Shown piece after piece: positions 46,040-55,500 of a DNA stretch of 64,000 nt (its first letter is position 1; every line of letters starts with the position of its first letter). Under the pieces are notes generated by a model. It was not told where the DNA came from and ran no database searches. It was given only the letters and a program-made list of their open reading frames with translations. Position numbers and translations under genes: made by a program. The DNA is from Tubiluchus corallicola (lineage: Eukaryota > Animalia > Priapulida): positions 1 through 64,000 of the forward strand of contig JAQGDQ010000501.1 of assembly GCA_030141605.1 (NCBI GenBank), in the 5' to 3' direction.

Positions 46040-46792
46040 ATTCGAGGCTACAGCTTCGACGACGGCACCATTTGCGGCGATCTATATATCAAACAAAAGG
46101 TCTCGATCTAGTGTCGTCTCATTGGGGGTTTATTTTTCGAATCGGGCCCACCGCGAGGAACGGGGGGGCGAAAAACCTCTAAAAATGGCCATTTTTCGGC
46201 CGTTTTTTGCAAAAATTATACGCCTGAGATATAGAGAACGGGGATGGACCGAGGGGGGTGCTGGGTAAAGATAGATAGCCCGTTCAGCGATGGGTGTCAT
46301 AGGCCTATTTAGAATTCGCGAGAGGGCCACGGTGTCCCGTAACGGGCGTTTTCCCGGACCCAACTCGTGATTTTTTCGTAATTTTGACCAAACATCCTGC
46401 GGGAAAAACGTTCTGGCGGCGCCTGGTGGGACTCTCGGAAGGAGATATATAGCTCTTTAGAAAGAGGAAGAACGGGGCTACACGATGATGTGGGCTATAT
46501 TTTAGGGCAGGTCCACCGAGAGGAGTACTGGCGAGTTAATTAGGAGTTCTATTTTCGGCAATTTTCGCTTAGAAAACTGTTGACGCAAAGACATTGTTGT
46601 GACGTCATCCATTGTACTCTACTCTGCTTATAACTTTAATTCAGCAAAAAGCTACAGGCTTTGCGTTAGTTAAACAAACAGTAGGCATGATGTTACGGGC
46701 TTTGTGTTATAAATGAAGACTAGGTAGGACGTTCGCGTATTATTGATTACACGTGTATTTATACGCAAAATCTTTTGCGAGGCCTTTGCTAT
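45977..46792 (+). mobile_element. Non-autonomous Helitron-like element, longest copy
   Basis: 5' A|TCTATA, then (TA)n, a GC-rich body, the GCAAAATCTTTTGC hairpin, and a 3' end GGCCTTTGCTAT (CTAT rather than CTAG). Confidence 0.65.
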
Positions 46793-46887
46793 TTATTATA
46801 TTATAGCACATATTTTCAACTTTGTGAAAAATGTTTGGAATGGTTTTGTTGTAATGCTGTGCTGTTGGTGCTTGTGCTATAGGTGTC

Positions 46888-47140
46888 GTCATCATTGCCA
46901 CCACCATCATCATCATCATCAACATCATGATCACCACGTGAGGTGGTGGATTTGATGTGGTGTGGTGGTGGTGTGCTTTGTGTGTTGTGCTATGGATGGT
47001 GTGGTGGGGTGATAGGGTGTATGGGGTGTAGTGTGGGTAGTGTGGTATGGAGTGGGTGGCATGGTGTGTGGGTGGAGTGGTATGGTGTGGTGCAGTGTGG
47101 TGTGATGAGGTGGAGTGGTGTGGTGTGGGTTGTGTGTTGA
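46888..47140. repeat. (CAT)n followed by G/T-rich low-complexity sequence
   Basis: Direct reading. Confidence 0.85.
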
Positions 47141-47977
47141 TTTGTGCACAAAATTCTTTTTGTGGGGTTTGGCTAGTCGTATATTAATTTGCTAACATAA
47201 CGCAATTCTTTATGATTAAAAGTTGTATAACTTTAAACTTCCATTATAGCCTATATAAACGACACTGGTCATGATGCTGTCAAGTAACTATATGTCTTAA
47301 GGCTTAGAAAAACTCTTTTACCACAATTGTGTAGTAAAGTTTTATAATTCTGTTATCTTGCCTCTTTACTAAAAGGTATTATAGTGGTTATGTCATGTAT
47401 TTATCATTGTATATATTGTGTGAAATGTCTAATAATGACAAATTCTACTAAAAAGTTTACAAAAAAGATCCTAGGAACTAATTTATCAAATGTGTTACTA
47501 GTATATATTTTTATGACAAAATTAACAAAAAGTTAATCTATGACGTCTTATTACTATCATCTTAACACATCGTTTTAATGACACAATTTAGCGTAATTGC
47601 TGTGTGGCAATTAGACCAGACACAGATAAAATATTGCACTACAAGAAGAAAAACTTGTACCACGCTCGACTGTCGAATGCTCATCAGTTTTAAAGTACAA
47701 GAAAGCACTTTTTATAAATAAAGGTTGAACAATTCGTCTTGAAATTTTATACGACTTACATGCTCTATTATTGCTACAAAGGTTGCGTTAGCAGTAACGT
47801 TAGCAGAAAATTTAAACTCCCGCGGTGACCGTTAGCCGCAGCTATCTTAACGGTAACAAGTTTAGATAACATTGGGTAAAGTTTGAAAACATTTGTAACA
47901 AATTCTTGATTAACTAAGCAAACGTTTAAATTACTTTATATTCATGTCACTAAGATCAATAATATGTTTCTAATGAA

Positions 47978-48501
47978 TCAGTGGGAGTGCTGTTTTACCA
48001 ATAGATGCACACATTTTAAATCGCTAAGACGTTTCTTTTCTAGTTACATAAGTCGTTCAGACAGGTAGGCGTTATGCAAAGTAACATAACTTTGTATGAA
48101 AACTTTTTTGAACACACTTTAAAAATCCCTTTCCATTCCTTAAAGCATTACATATCTACAACACTGCACCTCAGTTTCAATACTCAGCGTGTCTTCACAA
48201 ACAAAGTCAGTATGCATAATACATCTTGTCACTGTCTCTCAGTGGGAGTGCAGTTTTACCAATAGATGCACACATTTTAAATCGCTAAGACGTTTCTTTT
48301 CTAGTTACATAAGTCGTTCAGACAGGTAGGCGTTATGCAAAGTAATAAAACTTTGTATGAAAACTTTTTTGAACACACTATAAAAATCCGTTTCCATTCC
48401 TTAAAGCATTACATATCTACAACACTGCACCTCAGTTTCAATACTCAGCGTGTCTTCACAAACAAAGTCAGTATGCATAATACATCTTGTCACTGTCTCT
48501 C
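47978..48501. repeat. Two-copy tandem duplication, ~261-bp unit
   Basis: TCAGTGGGAGTGC...CACTGTCTC starts at 47978 and again at 48239; this duplicates ORFs 48074 and 48335. Confidence 0.92.
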
Positions 48502-49041
48502 ACCTGAACTGAGAATTTTGACGACAGTGTTGATGTTTTTTCATCTGAAGGCATATTTTGATTTCGTCATTTGTATTGCAACGAAGAAAGCAATTCACAT
48601 TATGATTACTACATTTGTGGACTAGCGCAAAATTTGTACGGCGTACAATATGCAGTCACTTCTGAACCACCAGAAAGCATTTGCGAATCTTTGATGGGTG
48701 TTATTTGTAGACTTCTTGGAAGACAAACAACTTCCAGGAAATGCCCTTTTGTTTTTGCCTTAGTACCATATCATGTACTAAAAAGTTCGTTGTGGTAATT
48801 TAAGAGCGATTTTGAGAGTTCTTTGAACAGAGAAAAAGTGGTGTTGAAAGGCACTGCAGTTCACTAAAACACTCCCATTGAACTGAACAGGAATAGTGTA
48901 GTTCTAAATTCCATTTTGCAGACTTTTCTCTATGAATTCATGCTCATATAAATAGCGTATCAATACGCTTTTCGATTAATTGCACAATTATAAAGAAAAT
49001 CAGTAAACTTGATTACTCTATAATATTTTTTTCTAACACTC

Positions 49042-49588
49042 AGTTGAATTGAATTATGAATTTATTCCACAGCAACTCAAACATACATATAAATTGATAA
49101 AACATTGAAAAAAAAATAAACTATGCGAGTTACTGTGAGGAGGAGGAAGGAGCATTGAGCTTTTGAGTCCTCCTCCAGATAAGTGAAACAATTGACAATT
49201 AACATTACATTTTCATCAGTTATAGCATACATTAGAACAAAATAAGTTTTGTTAGTAACTTAAGATCAGGATGAGTAAAATTGTGAGTTAATTATACCGT
49301 TGTAGTAGGTAATTCTTTGATGCTTTTTTAAATTGGTAGAGATTAAGAGTTTTCATTTCACGCGGAATTGATGACCATATTTTAATAGCATTATATTTTG
49401 ATGACTGTTTCATTATATTTGTTTTTGGAAGGGGGAGTACATAGTTTTCGACTGAATATCTTGTGTAATGATCATATTGATTTGAAACAACATGATCATT
49501 ACGCAAGATATTCAGTCGAAAACTATGTACTCCCCCTTCCAAAAACAAATATAATGAAACAGTCATCAAAATATAATGCTATTAAAAT
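49042..49588 (-). mobile_element. CR1/L2-group LINE 3' end with inverted 5' duplication (long hairpin)
   Basis: Minus-strand HYTRYSVENYVLPLPKTNIMKQSSKYNAIKIWSSIPREMKTLNLYQFKKASKNYLL* is a LINE ORF2 terminus, followed by a stem-loop and an AATAAA-TTCATAATTCAATTCAA tail. 49379-49475 and 49492-49588 are inverted repeats (97 bp, one mismatch). Confidence 0.8.
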
Positions 49589-52500
49589 TTAGCAGCAATT
49601 AGACTCATCAATCGAATATCTATCATGTAGAGGAAATCCCGTGAAACGAAAGATGCTTCGACGTGGTAGTATTTTTGCGGCATCTTGTTTTCGCTGTAAC
49701 CAGGGCATTTTCTGAGTGATATAATGATAAAAATGATAAAAAATATCATAATGATTTTTCATATTTAACCAACGTTGCACTGCAATTCGATGTGATAGCA
49801 TTAATATGGTTCTTAACATGCAAAGCAAAATGACTATAGATATAAATATGAAAATAACAACGAACAGTGAGCCCAGTCCCCACTGTAAGGTCTCCAAGGC
49901 ACAAAATTTGCCTGATCTGAAAATCATGCGTAATAAAGTTTGAAGAGTTTTAGCATACGTGCTAAAATCTTCTTGTATGTTTGCGGAAAGCAATGTAGTC
50001 AGTACCAGTACAAACGGCACTAAAAAAATAAATACTAGCAACCAAAAATGTAACATAGGTCGGAAGGATAGTGAAAAAGTTAGCCAGTAAACTGACATAC
50101 TTTTGTTCAATAGTAACATGTGCCAAAGATAAATTGTTACGCTGATGACGAGTGTGCCCAATGTTATTGTAAACAAGTAATGCCAACTTACTACCTCGTA
50201 AAAGTTAACAAAACTAGACTGCTTCCCTTTAAAGTTCTTCTCTAAAAGTGTGTTAACTGCAATTGTTCTTCTGTAGAAAACTACTATACGAACAGCAGAC
50301 AAAATTACTATAGTTAATAGCACATAATTCCAATTGTTACGAAAATATTCAAACTTAATTACATTAAACTTCTTAACTTCCATACATATGAAAATAATTA
50401 GTATAATTAAACAAATACCTTCAGTTACCATGACGTGTACATCTAAAAATGTGGCATATTTTGCCAAGTCCATGGTGGAGATGCTATAAAATGGAGTTAC
50501 TGTACCTAGACCAGTAAATTCTACTATCAAAATAACAATGCTAAACAAATTTGTGTTAGAATTAAATAAAGTAAGTTCAATCATTAAAGCGCGAGTGCGA
50601 TCGTCTATCCACCTCGAGTTGATCAGTGATTCAATAATGGCTCTGTTTTCAGCAGTAGAATGAGTTAGTTCCACCAAATAACCGCCTCCACTGTATAAAT
50701 GAAATCTACCAGGGAATGCAGGAGTCCACAATGACAAACTAGACTGAAATGTCCAATGATCAGGAGGATAGCTGGGATATCGACTGTAGCTCCACCCAGG
50801 CCCGTAGGAGGTGGTATCTTCTCGGTGCCAATGGTATTCACCGGTGCACTTTCGACCATACGGTTCAAAAATTGAAATCACAGAACACTGGCCTGGTTTC
50901 ACTCGTACCTGACGAAATCGGACAACTCCTATTAACCTCGTAACTAAATCAGCAGCGACTACAAATGGTACTGGTTGCCCGTTATAAAGACTCCCTGGCG
51001 TCAGACTTGGTAGCAAAGAGTTACTTACATAGTCCCATATACCCGGAACATCCGTTATTGCAGCGAACGTTGTATTTCCTTGATAGTAAGCTCCATTAAT
51101 CGCAAGATCCTTAACAGTTTTGGTTACCCAGAAAAAGCTTTTGTCACGAAAGTTAAAAACTAGGGTTGATAAAACTAAAGCGAAAAAGCTAAAAAGGAGA
51201 AGTTCGCTCATTATTTTATTGAAGTTCTGTTTTTGTAGAAGTTTTTCTCTGATAACAGCAATTTCACTTTCCTTTGGAGGTCTGTATTTATATCGTCGCT
51301 CTGTAATAATTCGATGTTTAACCAGCCAATCAGATTGCAGCCTGTTACTTTCTTCAACTTGCAATAGCTGTAATTCGGCCATTGCAGGTTCTATTTCAGG
51401 CGGATGGTTAAATATCAACGTTATCACTAGAGCCAATATTAGAACTTTTGCTGGCTGAGTTAAGCAAATGCTGGACATAACTGACACCAACATTGACAAG
51501 AGCCATTCGACACTTTTCTGATAGCCAAATTTCAAACCATAAAGCATGACTAAATAAGTACAAATCAATGAAATGCTAATAGTTAACAACCAAGCGATAT
51601 ACACAAACCACCATGGCAAAATCACGACTGGACTGCCATAGACGTCCTTCCCAGTGCAGAGAGAAAAGGGAAATGGTATCGATTTTATGTGATCGTCAGT
51701 GCTCATGGTAGAACTTGTACTCTGTGAGTCTATGCTGAAGTCGTCACTGTATTTATAAGCGATGTCTATGTTAGATTCCACTCTATTTTTTCGACTAATA
51801 TTTGTGGAATAAATGTAGGGATTTCTTTTCAGTGATATTACAGATTTTCTAGTCGAATGTCTGTTTTGATCTAGTGCAGGAACGCACTTTGGCAGAATTT
51901 CTATAATTCTTCTTGCCTCCGCAATGTTGTGCTGTATTTCATTTAAGGTTTCAATTTCGATGTGACTAGTGTTATTTATCCACTTCAGCCAATCAGTTTC
52001 ACTTCCAAACAAGACAACGTTTTCTTTCGCTGTTTCTTCAAAATTTCTTGAGAAATCGCTTTCAATTAAGCTCTCGTTTTCTGTATGATCACGATTTCTT
52101 CTAAAGCACCATCCAAAAGAAAAAGGCTTGAAATGATTGCCCGGATAAGGTTTTGCAGAGCGGAACATTTGAATAATAAGTATGTTGATTGGAAAAGTAA
52201 TTAAGACACTTGCAACACCAACATAAATTTGAGTCCAAGATAACCGAATGTCCCCTACTATTATTTGAGTCTCAGGCTTATTGGTGGCTATCCCGTAAAA
52301 CATAATGTTGGAAAGCATGGCAGTCAGCATCAATGACAAAGCACATGATAGCCTTTGAACTCTTGTAAAACTACTTCTAGGTGGTCTGTAAAACACACTT
52401 GCCCACAAGTGGCCGTCTCTAAAGCCAAGCAAGGCTCTATAAGCAAAGATGTGAGTAAACCTCACGAGTTCATGTTTGAAGGCTGGGAAGAGCCTACACT

Positions 52501-55500
52501 TCACAGTCTGTGGGCCACGATCAATAGCTAGCCAGTTATTGTAGGGAAAACACCAGACTGCATTTGTTTGTACGTCTTTTAAAATGACTAGTTTTAGAAA
52601 CCAATTAGGATCATATCCAGAATTATCATGCCATATTTCGACAGCAGTAATTTCGCCAAGACATTGATGTGTAGTCATCAGAAACCAATCGTCAGCTCCG
52701 CTGTCAAATGTTGATCTGCCTTTATGGTAAAGCTTAATTGGCAAACTATTTCCATTTTTTCCTTCAATTAAAAATGTAACTTTAGCAGTTGTCCCTGCAC
52801 CTTGCCTCAATCCTGTGAACGTAATGATGAGGTATGGATATTTATCAATGGGATTATTGTCTTCCAGTACTGTCACACCTACCCGCGTCGTATCCTTTTG
52901 ATCATTTATCCTTGCATAGATAAGCAAGGTCAAATACAACAACCACACAACCAGCATGAACACAATAATTACGGGATTGTCAAAAAATGTCGCAAACAGA
53001 ACAACATCTTCAAGTGGATTAATCTCATTTGGTTTTACAACAATGGCTCCTGTAAACATGGTCATGTGATAGCATTTACAATGAATTCGACTTGGCGTTG
53101 TTAATGGGCCCACAAAACATCCCCCGTCCAACCAATTGTACAATGATATGTTCCAGTATAGACACTTTACTGAGTAAAAGCTGAGATTGAAGTCAACACG
53201 TTGTATGGGTGGGTTAACAGTAGGAGTTAAATTTGCAACCACGTAGCAGGAAAATATTTTTTCGTTTTCTAATGGACTACCAGCCAGCCAAGTCATACAG
53301 GGACAAGTAAACTCTAGCTGTTCATCCTTGACAACTATCTTTTCCAGGAGCCACCCTGCTCCTATTCCCTGGTTATTGTGCCAAACAGTAATTTTTTCCA
53401 ATTTTCCAATTGACTGTGACTCTATTGTAAATTTTTCAACTGTAGCTCGTTTAAACGTTCTTTTAGAAAGCAGCAGCTCATTTGTAATTCTGCGATTACC
53501 ATGAAGTCTAAGATACACACGTGCCCTGGTACCACTATCCTTAATATCAGCTGTATGTAAAAACACAAAGTATGTCATATCTGGCTCCTGAAATGCAGGA
53601 GTTGCAGCTTCGTTTTGCTCTTCATTTGTTTTCCATGGAATATTAGCACAATTATCATTGTTCTTAATTACGTATTGCCTGCATACTTGATTAGCCATTG
53701 AATAACAAGATGTGCGTAGGTTTTTGCAGGCTTTGACACAATTTTGTGTAACTTCTGCATCACATTTAGGCAGACATTGATAACATGTTGCATTACAAGA
53801 AACAAAACTTGTGTCACACTCGCCTGATGACTGTTCGTCACATTTCAGCATCATATATCTACAATGCTGTGCCTTGGTTTCAACAAGCAGTGTATCAATA
53901 CAAGCAGAGTCACTATTCCTAACACAACTTTTTACAGTTTCGCACTTGAATTGAGAACTCTGGCGACACCACTGATGCTTTTTCGTACAAATCTGAAGAC
54001 AAGTTTCAATTTCGAGAGATTTACTGCAATCATGAGAGCATTTCACATTATGTTTACTGCATTTGTAGTCTAGCACAGACAGACATTGTCTGTGCTGAGA
54101 ATCACAATAACGAGATATATTTTTACAGTTTTCAACCCAATCATTATAGCATGCATACTTCTGCATGCAGTTATCTACACTGCAAATACTACTTGCATTT
54201 ACTTTGCACGTAGCTTCATGTAGGCTGCCATCACAATCGCTGTAGATCCCTGCCATGCACTCAACATTTTCTGACTTACATCTAAGAGATGGATGGAAGC
54301 ACGAAGGCTCATAATAAGAGTCAAATAAAATGCCAGCGAAATACTTAATGGATACGTTCTGTTCATTATAGAAACTCACAATATTGTCAGCAAACTGTCT
54401 ACTATAATAGCCTCCATTTATGGCAGGAATGTGAAAAACAGTGGAACCATCATTGAAGTTTTCAATCACAGGTCTTTTGCCTGTTTTGGTAACGACCTTT
54501 AATGCAACTCCGACAGGCATATCTTGAAAAGACATTATAGCTGTAGTATGAGCAGTAAGAACAAATGAGTGAACAGTTATGTACTTGTTGGACAAATGAT
54601 TTTCAAGTTTCACAAAAGATGATTTTGAGTACTTTGCATCAGCTGCAACATCCATGAAAAATTCTAAGGGCTCAGAAAGTTCATCAAATTCAGTTCTAGA
54701 ATGCCTCAGCTGTCTGCCAATAGATAAACTTGCAATAGGAATGCTACTGTGAAGCGTCGACTCAAAAGGTGTGAATATATTTTGTTTTATGGACAAAATC
54801 TCTAATTCTAGTTCATCTTCATGTTCTTGCATTTTTGAAAGGGCTGCGGCAGAAGGCAACTGAAAATGACCAAAACCATTTAACTGCAGTTTCGAACCTC
54901 CTAAATGACTAACCTTTTGCCGTGCTACTCTAAGCATTAATAGATTTGTCGTGAATGTAGTTGGTTCATCATATACAATTTTGTGATGTAAAATAGCTGA
55001 TGATGCATTTTGAATGGTGTCAATTGATTTCAGAATTATATTTTTAACCTGTGTAATATTTTCGCGTTTGTGACGAAATGTATTTTGGAGTTCTCTTTTT
55101 GAAAGTTGTTTAAATTTGTCATCATTAGATGTGCTAGTTCGTTTAGTAGTTTCACCAAGAATAATGGATACCGCAAGCAGAAGAGCACTTGTAGTATCTT
55201 CTAAATCATTCACGTTTATATCTTCTGTGCTTTGTTTCATAAATGTTGCAATATCGTGAAACTTCGCAGTGATAGGTACTATGATTTCTGGACTTAGGTC
55301 GGCATCAGAAGTGATGACTTGGCTCATCATTGATGATAGGAATTTCATAACTTTGTGAGTGGACACAGGAACTTGAATAAGTTGATTTACCACCAACGTT
55401 TGGATCTCAGATTTCATCTCAGTAACTTTCTGTACAAATTCAGGGTCTTCTGTTTCATTTTGTTTTCTTATTTTACTTACTTCCTCCATTATAACTTTCA

